64,000 nucleotides of DNA from Truepera sp. (GTDB taxonomy: Bacteria > Deinococcota > Deinococci > Deinococcales > Trueperaceae): assembly GCA_965218435.1 (NCBI GenBank), contig CBDCKW010000009.1, forward strand, positions 1,056,001-1,120,000. The letters are read 5' to 3'. The position numbers were made by a program, and so were the translations under genes. Below the pieces are notes generated by a model that was not told the DNA's origin, searched no databases, and saw only the letters and a list, made by a program, of their open reading frames with translations. Positions 30,217-40,030 of this stretch are shown here, one piece after another (the first letter of the stretch is position 1; every line of letters begins with the position of its first letter).

Positions 30217-30917
30217 GGTCGCTGTCCGGTGTTGGTTTTAACGACAGTCTCGGCTACGACGCCGGTGCCGATGCCGACGAGCGCCGCGACGATCAGCGAC
30301 AGGTTAAAGGGAAGCGCGTGCATGACGACAACTGTCACACTGGCGGCAAGGGCCGCTGTGACCGAGGCGCGGTCGGTGACGGCCGGGACGATGAGCGCCA
30401 TAAAGATCAGTGGAATGGCGAACTCTAAAGACCATCCTTCAGGGACCTGTGCGCCGACAATCACCCCGACAGTGGTCGCTACCATCCATACGCACCAGAT
30501 CGGCGCAGCGAAGCCCAGATAATAGAGCCCTTTATGTCGCATCTCGGGCTCACGGACGAAGCGGGCGACGCTGAGCGCGTAGGCTTGGTCGGTCATGAGG
30601 TAGGCGAGGGCGCTCCGAAAGGCCACTCCAAGCCGCGCCAGATAGGGCGCGAGCGAGGCGCTGTACATGGCAAAACGCAGGTTGATAAAAAACGTCGTGA
30701 GCAAAATGACGAATACGGGCGCACCCGAAGCAATCAGTTGTAATCCTGCAAGTTGGGACGCACCGGCAAAAACGAGCGCGGAGAGCATGACGGCCTGAAG
30801 GTTGCTCAGCCCGACACTCGCTGCGCTGACGCCTGCCACGAGGCCGAACGGGACGATGCCGAGCATGATGGGTAGACCGACCCGCACGCCGGAGAAAAAA
30901 GTGTTGAGGGGGGACAC
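30213..30917 (-). CDS. azlC: AzlC family exporter
   Basis: PFG, FAGASQ, INLRF..YSA, TDQAYA. Confidence 0.9.
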   Translation of the reverse strand: MSPLNTFFSGVRVGLPIMLGIVPFGLVAGVSAASVGLSNLQAVMLSALVFAGASQLAGLQLIASGAPVFVILLTTFFINLRFAMYSASLAPYLARLGVAFRSALAYLMTDQAYALSVARFVREPEMRHKGLYYLGFAAPIWCVWMVATTVGVIVGAQVPEGWSLEFAIPLIFMALIVPAVTDRASVTAALAASVTVVVMHALPFNLSLIVAALVGIGTGVVAETVVKTNTGQRP

Positions 30918-31122
30918 CCGTCCACTTTACGTTACTCAGCCCTCACGGTAGGGGGTAGACCCGGACTAGGCCGCGTTGCTACTGTTATCGTCATGTCTTG
31001 GTGTCATAGCTTAAGTACGTGAGAAACACCGTCTTTAGCTGGCTACCAATTTCTCAGTCCTTTATTCTGAATTCTCCTTTGCGGCACGCTGCCAACGCTC
31101 CCAGCTGAGAGGTCAGCCAAGC

Positions 31123-32244
31123 CTAAAGCCCCCGCATCGTAAACACCTGGGCAAAGGGTTTTTTAAGCGGCGTGTGCAAGATGCTCCACGCTAAGGTGTC
31201 GCGGAGCGGTGCGAGCGGCGTAGCGCGGCCCATCATGGTATTGAATTCGGCGCGGAGGGTGGCGTTTTGCGCGGCGCGGCGGTGTCCGGCGTAGGTGCCG
31301 AAGCCTTCCCCTTTAGCGAGCGTGTCCGCCAGTCGCCACGCGCCCAACCAACCGAGGTTCATCCCTTGCCCGCCGATCGGACTTACGACGTGTGCGGCGT
31401 CACCGACCAGAGCGACGCGGCCCACCGTCAAGCGGTCGGCTAAAAAATGCTGGACGCCGAAGCTCGAGACCATGGTGTTCGTCTCGAGGGGCAACGCGAC
31501 GCCCAGCCGCTCACCGATCAGCTTTCCCAATAGCTCCGGTTTCGGCCCCTTGACAAACTGCGGGGTTTTGGCTACCCAACGCCGCACGCCGCCGGGGAGC
31601 GGAAACGACTCGACGAGGCCCGCACGCGTAAAGTAGAGCCCCGCGTCGCTGCCGAGCTCAGTCGTGTCGGCAAAGTCGCCCATCACGTAGGTGTCGGGAT
31701 AGTGTTTACCGCAAAAGGAGACACCTAAACTTTGCCGGACGAAGCTGTCTTTGCCGTCGGCTGCGACCAAAAAGCGGCTCCGCAGGGCTTGGCCGGTTTG
31801 GAGCGTCACGCTAACGCTGTTTGAACCAGATTCGAGCTTCACCACCCCAGCTTTGACGAGAGCCCCAGGCGACAGCTCGTCTAACCGGCTTGCTAACAGC
31901 GCCTCGGTTCGTGGTTGAGGCAAGGTGAGGATAAACGCGTAGGGCGGCCGACACATTGAAAAGGGAAGCGTTCCCAGATGTTTGGTACCGGCAAAAGCGT
32001 GCCCGCGTGTGACCTGTACACCTTCGTTGACGAAAGCGTCGGCTAAACCGAGGACGGCAAGCCGCTCCAAAGACGGGGGATGGACGCCGATGGCCCTCGA
32101 GTGCAGGGCGGGTGTAGGGCGACGCTCGAGCACCCGTACGCTTACGCCGAGCTGCGCCAACCGGCAGCCCAAAAAGAGGCCGACCGCGCCGCCACCCACG
32201 ACGATGACCTCAGCGTCAAACCCCGGTTTAGACATCCGGGGCAT
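31123..32244 (-). CDS. FAD-dependent monooxygenase (UbiH/PheA-like)
   Basis: VGGGAVG, AADG..S.VR, GDAAH.VSPIGGQGMNLG. Confidence 0.88.
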   Translation of the reverse strand: MPRMSKPGFDAEVIVVGGGAVGLFLGCRLAQLGVSVRVLERRPTPALHSRAIGVHPPSLERLAVLGLADAFVNEGVQVTRGHAFAGTKHLGTLPFSMCRPPYAFILTLPQPRTEALLASRLDELSPGALVKAGVVKLESGSNSVSVTLQTGQALRSRFLVAADGKDSFVRQSLGVSFCGKHYPDTYVMGDFADTTELGSDAGLYFTRAGLVESFPLPGGVRRWVAKTPQFVKGPKPELLGKLIGERLGVALPLETNTMVSSFGVQHFLADRLTVGRVALVGDAAHVVSPIGGQGMNLGWLGAWRLADTLAKGEGFGTYAGHRRAAQNATLRAEFNTMMGRATPLAPLRDTLAWSILHTPLKKPFAQVFTMRGL

Positions 32245-32932
32245 CTAGGCCGTAACTCAGCAGCAGCCGGTAGGGGTAAGGGCTCGAGATATGCCAGCCG
32301 GGAGGTGTGATAGCGCGAAGTTCGTCGGATGTGTACGAGCGCAGCACCGAGGTGAGGCCGTCCGGGGTGATGTACGAACCGCGAAAAAACGGACTGGTGA
32401 GAGCAGCAAATCCGGCGTAGGCAACGTCGGCGCGGGCGATGTCGTTATGCAATACCACGCGGCCAAGGGCGGCGCTATCGTCGCACAACGCTTTAACCTC
32501 TTCGTTGGACAGGTGATGCAGCAGGTGGTTGGAGACGACGACGTCGAAGGTATCGCCACGCGCCCGTACTGTGCTCGTGTCGGTCTGTTCAAACGAAAGT
32601 CTTAGCTGAGGCGGCAGATTGTGAGCAAACGCCGCCGCGCGGGGGTCAGGGTCAATCGCCTTGATGGAAAGCTCCAATCCATCGCGCTCAGCCCAAGCGA
32701 GAAGTCGGCGCGGAATATCACCGCCGCCGAAGCCTACGTCTAACAGATAGTTTGTCCGTCCCTGCACCAAGTGTGGTCGCAAGTGCTGCCGGTAGAGCGT
32801 CCACCACCCTGAAAAGATTCGGTTGACTATAGCGAAATGGGCGTAGGTCGCCTCGAGCTTACTCAGATTGCACGCCGGGTCGTCCATCTGTTCGCGCAGC
32901 TCTGGCCTTCTGTGGCGCAAAATGAGCGGCAT
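32228..32932 (-). CDS. Class I SAM methyltransferase associated with the type III PKS
   Basis: EQMDDP, LDVGFGGGD, SNHLLHHL, DGLTSV.RSY. Confidence 0.88.
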   Translation of the reverse strand: MPLILRHRRPELREQMDDPACNLSKLEATYAHFAIVNRIFSGWWTLYRQHLRPHLVQGRTNYLLDVGFGGGDIPRRLLAWAERDGLELSIKAIDPDPRAAAFAHNLPPQLRLSFEQTDTSTVRARGDTFDVVVSNHLLHHLSNEEVKALCDDSAALGRVVLHNDIARADVAYAGFAALTSPFFRGSYITPDGLTSVLRSYTSDELRAITPPGWHISSPYPYRLLLSYGLDAPDV

Positions 32933-34026
32933 CAGCAGCGTGTTAAGAGCCCGCTTTCAACCGTCAGACCGGGGCCGAAGGCGACGGCGCAGACCCGTTC
33001 ACCCCTTGCCGAGTTCGCCAAAATCTCTTGCAAGACGAATAAAACTGTCGCGCTGCTCATGTTGCCGTAGTCGCGGAGAACGGTGCGAGAGGGTTCCAAC
33101 GCGTCATCTGCCAGCCCCAAACTCTTTTCGACCTTATCCAAAATCGCTCGCCCGCCGGGGTGAATGCCCCACCGCTCGATATCGGGGACGCCTAAACCGA
33201 ACTGTTCAAACAAGGGAGCCAACGCCGCGCCGATATTCGCCTCTAAAATCTCGGGCACATAGCTCGATAAGACAATATCGAAGCCTTCGTCGCCGACCGA
33301 CCACGCCATATCGCCCTCACCTTCGGCGGTCAGGGTGGTCGCTAGGGCGCTCAGCTCAAAAGCCGGAGCTTGAGGTTGACGCGCACTGACTAGAGCCGCG
33401 CCCGCACCGTCGGCAAACACCGAACTCGCCAGCAAGCGGTCTACGTCGCCGCCGAGTTGCAGGTGCAAGGTGCAGAGCTCTAAACACACCACCAGCACCA
33501 CCGCGCTTGGGTCGGCTTGGCAAAACGCCCGCGCCATCTTAAGTGCCGGAAACGCCGCGTAGCAGCCCATAAAGCCGACGTGAAACCGCTGCACACCGGG
33601 GTTTAAGCAGAGGTCGCGGACCAAAAAGTAATCCGGCCCCGGCGCACAAAACCCGGTGCATGAGACCGTGACGACGTGCGTGACGTCATCTGTACTAAAG
33701 CTCGAGCCCACGAAGACCTTTTCCGCCACTTCCTTAAACAGGGGCCGCGCCGCCTCGGTATAGAGGTCGTTGCGAACTTTGGTCGAAGGGGAGGTGTACG
33801 TACCGTGTTCGTCTAAAAAGAGACCGTCGGGCTGCGCGTTGTCGGGAGCAAAGTCCGGGACGACGCTGTAGCGCGTTTCAATGCCCGATTGACTATAAAG
33901 ACGGTGAACGAGGCGCTGGGCGAGGCGGTCAGAAAGCTGCGCCTTGAGGGTGTCCCGAGCATAGGTCTGAGGGATCTTATGCTGCGGCACGGCGGTCGCC
34001 AGCTGATGGATAAAGACGGGGGTCAT
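32932..34026 (-). CDS. Type III polyketide synthase
   Basis: VSCTG, MGCYAAF (catalytic Cys), FADGA, HPGG, GNMSS, FGPGLT. Confidence 0.95.
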   Translation of the reverse strand: MTPVFIHQLATAVPQHKIPQTYARDTLKAQLSDRLAQRLVHRLYSQSGIETRYSVVPDFAPDNAQPDGLFLDEHGTYTSPSTKVRNDLYTEAARPLFKEVAEKVFVGSSFSTDDVTHVVTVSCTGFCAPGPDYFLVRDLCLNPGVQRFHVGFMGCYAAFPALKMARAFCQADPSAVVLVVCLELCTLHLQLGGDVDRLLASSVFADGAGAALVSARQPQAPAFELSALATTLTAEGEGDMAWSVGDEGFDIVLSSYVPEILEANIGAALAPLFEQFGLGVPDIERWGIHPGGRAILDKVEKSLGLADDALEPSRTVLRDYGNMSSATVLFVLQEILANSARGERVCAVAFGPGLTVESGLLTRC

Positions 34027-34163
34027 CCTTTACTTTACGCGGTTCTTGGCTGTGTCCTATGAGCTTAGAAGACGCGGTACCGCTAATCAGGTACGTTTTA
34101 AGGGGGTGCGGCGCTGGAGGGCTCGAGCTAAGCTTAATCCTAAGCTCAGCTGAGGGAGGCGTA

Positions 34164-35534
34164 ATGGCGCTCAAATCTATCAACCCGGCGACCGGGGAAA
34201 CGGTTCATGAATACGACACGGTTTCGGATGACGAAGCCAAAAATATCGTTGACGCGGCGTACGAGGCGTTTTTAGGGTGGCGTGAGACAAGCTTTGAGAC
34301 TCGGGGAGCGGCGCTTAAAAAGGCGGCGTCGCTGTTAAGAGCTGAAAAAGAAACACTGGGCCGTTTGATGACCGCAGAGATGGGGAAGCCGCTCAAACAA
34401 GCCGTCGCTGAAATTGAAAAATGTGCGCTTGGCTGCGACTACTACGCCGAACACGGGGCGCGGCTTTTAGAGTCCCAGATCATCGAAACCGACGCCCGTA
34501 AAAGCTACGTCTCGTACCGGCCACTCGGGGTCGTGCTCGCTATCATGCCGTGGAACTTTCCCTTCTGGCAGACCTTCCGCTTTGCTGCGCCTAACCTCAT
34601 GGCAGGTAACGCCGGAGTGCTCAAACACGCCGAAAACGTCACCGGGACGGCGCTTGCTACTGAAGACCTGCTCTTACGCGCTGGATTTCCCGAAGGACTG
34701 TTCCGGGCACTCCTGATCGAGACGCCACAAGTTGAAAAGGTTTTAGACCATCCCAACATCGTCGCGGCGACCCTGACGGGAAGTACACGGGCGGGGCGGG
34801 CCGTCGCAGCTCAAGCGGGGGCGCGGCTGAAAAAGACGGTGCTCGAGCTCGGTGGCTCTGATCCGTACCTTATCTTGGAAGACGCCGATTTGGAGCTCGC
34901 CGTAAATGCGTGCGCCACCGGCAGGTTACAAAACAGCGGTCAGAGCTGCATCGCCGCCAAACGCTTTATCGTCGTGGCGTCACGCAAACATGAGTTTGAG
35001 GAGGCGTTAAAGGCGCAGCTGCAGACCTTTAAGATGGGCGACCCGTTAGACGACGCGACCGACCTCGGCCCCCAAGCCCGCGTTGATTTGCGCGATACGC
35101 TTCACGGGCAAGTTAAAAAAAGCCTCGAGGCGGGTGCCAAGCTCCTTTTGGGCGGCGAAGTTCCGGCAGGCCCCGGTGCGTTCTACCCGCCGACGCTGCT
35201 GACCGACGTGACGCCGGGAATGCCTGCGTTTGACGAAGAGACCTTTGGGCCGGTGGCTGCTGTGACTGAAGCCAAAGATGAAGACGACGCCATTAGGCTC
35301 GCCAACGAAACCTCCTACGGCCTCGGCGCAGCGGTTTTTACCCGGGATTTAGCAAAGGGTGAACGGATTGCCAATGAGCGGCTCGAGGCCGGAAACTGTT
35401 TTGTCAATGCGTTTGTCAAGTCCGACTCACGGCTCCCGTTTGGTGGCGTCAAACATTCAGGCTATGGGCGAGAGCTTTCCGAACTGGGGATTAAAGAGTT
35501 TGTCAACGTGAAGACGGTCTATATCGCTGAATAG
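34164..35534 (+). CDS. NAD(P)-dependent succinate-semialdehyde dehydrogenase (Sad/GabD-like)
   Basis: MPWNFPFWQ, LTGS, ELGGSD, GQSCIA, EETFGP, PFGGVKHSGYGRE. Confidence 0.9.
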   Translation: MALKSINPATGETVHEYDTVSDDEAKNIVDAAYEAFLGWRETSFETRGAALKKAASLLRAEKETLGRLMTAEMGKPLKQAVAEIEKCALGCDYYAEHGARLLESQIIETDARKSYVSYRPLGVVLAIMPWNFPFWQTFRFAAPNLMAGNAGVLKHAENVTGTALATEDLLLRAGFPEGLFRALLIETPQVEKVLDHPNIVAATLTGSTRAGRAVAAQAGARLKKTVLELGGSDPYLILEDADLELAVNACATGRLQNSGQSCIAAKRFIVVASRKHEFEEALKAQLQTFKMGDPLDDATDLGPQARVDLRDTLHGQVKKSLEAGAKLLLGGEVPAGPGAFYPPTLLTDVTPGMPAFDEETFGPVAAVTEAKDEDDAIRLANETSYGLGAAVFTRDLAKGERIANERLEAGNCFVNAFVKSDSRLPFGGVKHSGYGRELSELGIKEFVNVKTVYIAE

Positions 35535-35570
35535 GGACTTATGTGGCTGTTTGGTAAATGCCGAGCAGCC

Positions 35571-35596
35571 ATAAAAAATGCGCCCTCTCAGGCGCT
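35571..35596 (-). terminator. Intrinsic terminator-like hairpin
   Basis: Minus strand GCGCC-TGAGAG-GGCGC followed by ATTTTTT. Confidence 0.55.
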
Positions 35597-35603
35597 GATA
35601 AAA

Positions 35604-35635
35604 ATGAGTATATACTCATATGCACTATCTGTCAA
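35604..35635 (-). promoter_or_regulatory. Sigma70-type promoter overlapped by a perfect 16-bp palindrome
   Basis: Minus strand TTGACA-17 nt-TATACT; palindrome ATGAGTATATACTCAT at 35604..35619 covers the -10 box. Confidence 0.65.
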
Positions 35636-35943
35636 GATTATGCACTGTTGACCGGACAAAAGTCTGTATAACGCTGCCTGGGCTTCGCAAAAAACCTCCT
35701 TTAGCAAGGGGAAAAGGTCTATTTACGGAGATTCACGTGTAAACACCGTGCTAAACGCAGCTAATTGAGTTTTGTCCGGGTTTCAGGATGCGCCCGAAGG
35801 TTTGCTGGGAACTCGCTCGAGGTCCTTTCAGGCCGTCTAAAGCCAAGCGGTAGACGGCAAAGGGCAGAACGCAGCGGCGCTTTTTTATCCAGATTGAGGT
35901 GCGCCTTCCAGCGTCTAGCTGGGCTCGAGCCCATACTGGGGTC

Positions 35944-36582
35944 ATGACCGACCTTCCCGAAGACGCCTTTCGCCGCGCCGACGAAACGCCCGACGAGCTT
36001 TTTTATCAGCAGCCCCGGTTTGTCACCCATATAGACGACGCGGCCATCGCCGCCGTGACGCAGCTTTACCGTGACTATCTACCGGCTGGCGGCGCAATCT
36101 TAGACCTGATGAGTTCGTGGATCAGTCATCTGCCGCCCGCGGTCAGCTATAGCCGGGTTGTCGGGCTCGGGCTTAACCGAGCAGAGCTCGAGAGAAACAA
36201 CCGGCTCACCTCGTTTGTCGTGCAAAACCTCAATACCAACCCAACGCTGCCTTTTGCCGACAATGAGTTTGACGGGGCCGGGATCACGGTTTCGATTGAC
36301 TACCTGACCGATCCGGTGACCGTGCTCCGCGACCTCGGGCGGGTGCTGAGGCCGGGTGCGCCGGTAGTGATCAGCTTTTCCAACCGCTGTTTTCCGAGCA
36401 AAGCGGTGGCGCTCTGGCACCGTTTAGATGACCAGGGACACTTGGAACTGGTCGCCCGCTACTTACAAGACGCAGGGAACTGGACCGAGACCGAACAGCT
36501 TGACCGTAGCCCTACCGGACTTAAGAGAAGGCTGGGTTTCGGCGGCGACCCGCTCTACGCGGTGGTGGCGCGGGCACGCTGA
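35944..36582 (+). CDS. Class I SAM-dependent methyltransferase (type 11-like)
   Basis: FRRADETPDELFYQQPRFVTHID, LDLMSSWISHLP, FSNRCFP, DPLYAV. Confidence 0.88.
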   Translation: MTDLPEDAFRRADETPDELFYQQPRFVTHIDDAAIAAVTQLYRDYLPAGGAILDLMSSWISHLPPAVSYSRVVGLGLNRAELERNNRLTSFVVQNLNTNPTLPFADNEFDGAGITVSIDYLTDPVTVLRDLGRVLRPGAPVVISFSNRCFPSKAVALWHRLDDQGHLELVARYLQDAGNWTETEQLDRSPTGLKRRLGFGGDPLYAVVARAR

Positions 36583-36594
36583 AATGACCTGAAC

Positions 36595-38121
36595 TTATTC
36601 GCCGGTATAGATCACGCCGACTTCTGAATTACTCGAGTTCAGGCTTTGAGGTACGAACTGTGGCACGACTGGCAATGCACGTTTTTCGGGCGGCGCGTCG
36701 GCGACGTCGTATTTGCGCAAAAGCGGATTGTTGTACCGGTTCATCCGTGCGACCATCAGACTACGCATGTCAGATAGGGTGCCTTGGTACTTTGGGTCCG
36801 CCGCGAGATTGTTGCGTTCTTGTGGATCAGTTTTGAGGTCGTAGAGTTGTTCAGGAGCGACAAGGGGGGTGTCCCAGCCTTCTTTAACCCAAAGCTCTTT
36901 GGTATAGGTGAGGTCGGTGTTTGCGGGCCGAGGCTGGTCATAACCGTCGAGCCGCCGGATGTATTTGTACTGTATGGTTCTAACTGAGGCTTGCGGTTCA
37001 GGAACGGCGTGCGCCTCGTGTTCGGCAAAAACTGCGTCGTTAATTTCCTCGACTTCACCTCGGATGAGCGGCCTCAGCGACTTGCCCTGGAGCCACGCGG
37101 GTTTGGGCAGCTCTAAAAGGTCGCAAAGGGTCGGGAAAACATCTATCTGCGAGACGAGGGCGTTACTGACCTTGCCGCCGAAAAATCCGCCAGGGCCGCG
37201 AAACATCAGCGAAACGCCGAGGCCGCCGTCGGTGTGGTTGGCTTTCATGCCGGGGAGCGGGATACCGTGGTCGGTAGTAATCATGACGAGCGTGTTGTCA
37301 GAGAGGCCGTGCCGCTCGAGCGCCCCTAAAACTCGCCCGATAGCTTCATCGAGTTTGCTGGCTGCGACCCCAAAGTCGGCCATGTCACGCCGCGTTTCGG
37401 GAACGTCACCTAAGTTTGTAGGAATCTCTGCATTGACCAAATCGCCGTTTTCATAGCCAAAATACGATCCTGCGGGCATTTTAGGTAAGGCGTGAGTGGC
37501 AACAAAGCCGACGTCGAGAAAAAAGGGCTGCTTTGGAGAACTACCAAGATACTCAACGGCTGCATCTGCAACAGGTGCAACTGAATAGGGACTATTTATC
37601 TTAGGAAGTGTGTCGTAGCCAACAAGCTTCGCAGCCTCTTGTGGGTCGCCCCCGGCAATATGCTGAATCCCCGCGAGCGCCGTTGTGTAACCGCTCCGTT
37701 TCAGTGTTTGGATTAGAGTCTGCGAATAATCGTTGAGTTTCCAACCTCGGTGTGCCAGCCCCCACATGCCGTTACAACCAGGCGTCATACCAGTTAAAAG
37801 GGCGGCCCTCGAGGGCGAGCACGTCGGCGACGCACTAAACGCCTGCCGAAAGACCATGCCTTCGTCGGCGAACTTTTGCAAATGTGGTGTCGAGATGTGG
37901 TGGCCGTAAGGCTCGGTGTAGCGTCCGGTATCGTGTGAATGGATATAGACGATATTAGGACGCTTGGGGTCGGTGTTTTTAATAGGCGGTGAGTCAATAC
38001 GACAAGCTGACGCCAGCAGTGCTACCAGTGAAGTCTTACCGATCAGCCCCAGCGTGTCACGCCGCGATACTTCTTTTAGGGCACTCCGGTTCGTCAGCCT
38101 TCGCTTTTGTCCTGACGCCAC
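36595..38121 (-). CDS. Sulfatase (sulfamidase-like), Tat-lipoprotein signal
   Basis: SRRDTL twin-arginine, LASAC lipobox, PNIV...HD, CSPSRAALLTG, TTDHG; start inferred at a GTG after GGAG. Confidence 0.88.
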   Translation of the reverse strand: MASGQKRRLTNRSALKEVSRRDTLGLIGKTSLVALLASACRIDSPPIKNTDPKRPNIVYIHSHDTGRYTEPYGHHISTPHLQKFADEGMVFRQAFSASPTCSPSRAALLTGMTPGCNGMWGLAHRGWKLNDYSQTLIQTLKRSGYTTALAGIQHIAGGDPQEAAKLVGYDTLPKINSPYSVAPVADAAVEYLGSSPKQPFFLDVGFVATHALPKMPAGSYFGYENGDLVNAEIPTNLGDVPETRRDMADFGVAASKLDEAIGRVLGALERHGLSDNTLVMITTDHGIPLPGMKANHTDGGLGVSLMFRGPGGFFGGKVSNALVSQIDVFPTLCDLLELPKPAWLQGKSLRPLIRGEVEEINDAVFAEHEAHAVPEPQASVRTIQYKYIRRLDGYDQPRPANTDLTYTKELWVKEGWDTPLVAPEQLYDLKTDPQERNNLAADPKYQGTLSDMRSLMVARMNRYNNPLLRKYDVADAPPEKRALPVVPQFVPQSLNSSNSEVGVIYTGE

Positions 38122-38396
38122 TTTTTCACACTCCAGAATAAATTTTTGAAGGCAACTGTTAGGTGCTCTCTCGATGTAGAGAGTGTAGCTCAACTTACTC
38201 TCACCTGTCTACTAAAAGCCTGTGCAGAAGGGGAGAAAACGGACATTATGAGAAATTTCTGAATTAACATTCACACTTTTTGTAAATTAGACGCTTTGTA
38301 AGCCTAGATACAGTATGATGACTCCGCTGTCCCCTCATGTTCGGAGAGACCCTAAAGCTCTTTGAACGCTCAATCCAACGTGTTAAAGGGAGTGTG

Positions 38397-39946
38397 ATGC
38401 CAGCAGAAGTGTCACGCCGCAAAGTGCTAGAACTGTGTCTACGTTTGGGCGCGGGAGCGACAGTCGCTTCAGCACTCACAAGTTGTGGGTTACTGAGTTC
38501 AACGCCGAAAAAAGTCGAGACAGTCAAAAAACCACCTCTGGGACCTCGTTACCGGGGTGAACGGCCTAACGTGGTGCTGGTAGACGATTTGGCGACCGGC
38601 GTCATGGGTGAGGGGAGCCGCTACCCGTTTTTAGGGACTCCCAACGTCAGCCGGTTGCAACGCGAAGGTGCAACCTTTGACCGGGCATTCGTCTCATCGT
38701 CAATCTGTTCACCGAGCCGCGCAAGTTTACTGACCGGCGTCTACGCCCACAACAACGGGTCCGAGTCAACGATATAGAGGAGTTGCCGAGCACTATCCCG
38801 ACGTTTCCGTCACTTCTCAAAGCGGGAGGGTACGAGACCGGCTTTGTCGGTAAGTGGCATATGGACGGGACAAATTCGGAGCCACGACCAGGTTTCGACT
38901 ACTGGCTGAGTTTTGCAGGACAGGGTTTTTATACTAACAACGTCCTAAACGAAAACGGGCGCAAATTCAAAGAAGACGGTTACATCACCGATATTTTGAG
39001 CAAGTACGCTGTGGACTATATTCAGCAACCCAGAGAAAACCCGTTTTGCCTGATTGTCTCGCACAAGGCGGGGCACGTGCCATTTAAGGCGGCTCCCAGG
39101 CATCAAAACGCTTTTAAGGGTACGGTACTGCCCGAACCCGCTAACTTTCAAGACACGATGGAAGGTAAACCTGCGTGGCAGCGGCGCTACAAAAAGTGCG
39201 GCCTGGAACGCAAAAAATGGGAAGCGTGTGGTGAGGTTGCCGAACCGCTCCCGGTGGAGCCCTGGGACGCGCATAGCGAAAACCTCCTGACTCACCTGCG
39301 GACGTTGTTAGCCGTTGATGAAGGGTTGGGTGACATCTTTGAGGCACTCACCAACATGGAGCAGTTAGACAACACTGTGTTTATCTTTACCAGCGACAAC
39401 GGCTTTATGATGGGCTCGCACCGACTCAAAGACAAACGCGTGATGTACGAAGAATCAATGCGTATTCCGCTCGTTATTAGGTATCCCGAAGGGCTCAGCG
39501 CGGGCCGCCGCAGTCAGCGGCTGGTCTCAATGCTCGACCTTGCCCCCACGCTTCTGGAGTTGGGTCAGCAGCGCGTCCCCGCGACGATGATGGGCGCGTC
39601 ACTCGTGCCGCTCTTTGGGGATGAAAACGTGCCGTGGCGTGACCGGCTCTTATACGAATACTTTCAAGAAGGTCCCGGCCCAGCGGTGCCGACGATGTTG
39701 GGTGTCCGTACTGAGCGGTATAAGTACGTCCACTATCCCGACCTGCCTGACGATATTGACGAGCTTTACGACTTAGAAACTGACCCCCTAGAGCTGCGCA
39801 ATCTGATTGCCGACCCCGCCCACGCCGTCATGCTCGGTGAACTGCAGAGTTCTTTAGCGCAGTAGCTTGCCGACACCGGGTACACGCCGCAGCTGGCGAC
39901 GCCGGGGGTAACGCCTGAACCGTCCGTTGCCCAAACGACCTCGTAA
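38397..39946 (+). pseudogene. Sulfatase, disrupted paralog of 40031..41551
   Basis: SRRKVL signal, CSPSRASLLTG, GKWH, SDNG; frameshift near 38760, premature TAG at 39863, and a 2-aa deletion in the PN..VLVDD motif relative to the paralog. Confidence 0.8.
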
Positions 39947-40030
39947 GGCTGCTGCTCAACCTCGTAGGCGACGGTCTGTCTCAGTATGAGTAGGGTAATG
40001 GTCGGCTGTTTTTGCGGTACGCTGTAGCGT

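Noticed and set aside
35760..35890. Hairpin GCCGTCTA...TAGACGGC as a riboswitch
   Set aside because: No recognisable aptamer consensus.
39863..39865. Programmed amber readthrough in the sulfatase
   Set aside because: The same gene has other lesions and the paralog has Gln here; a simple CAG-to-TAG mutation is likelier.
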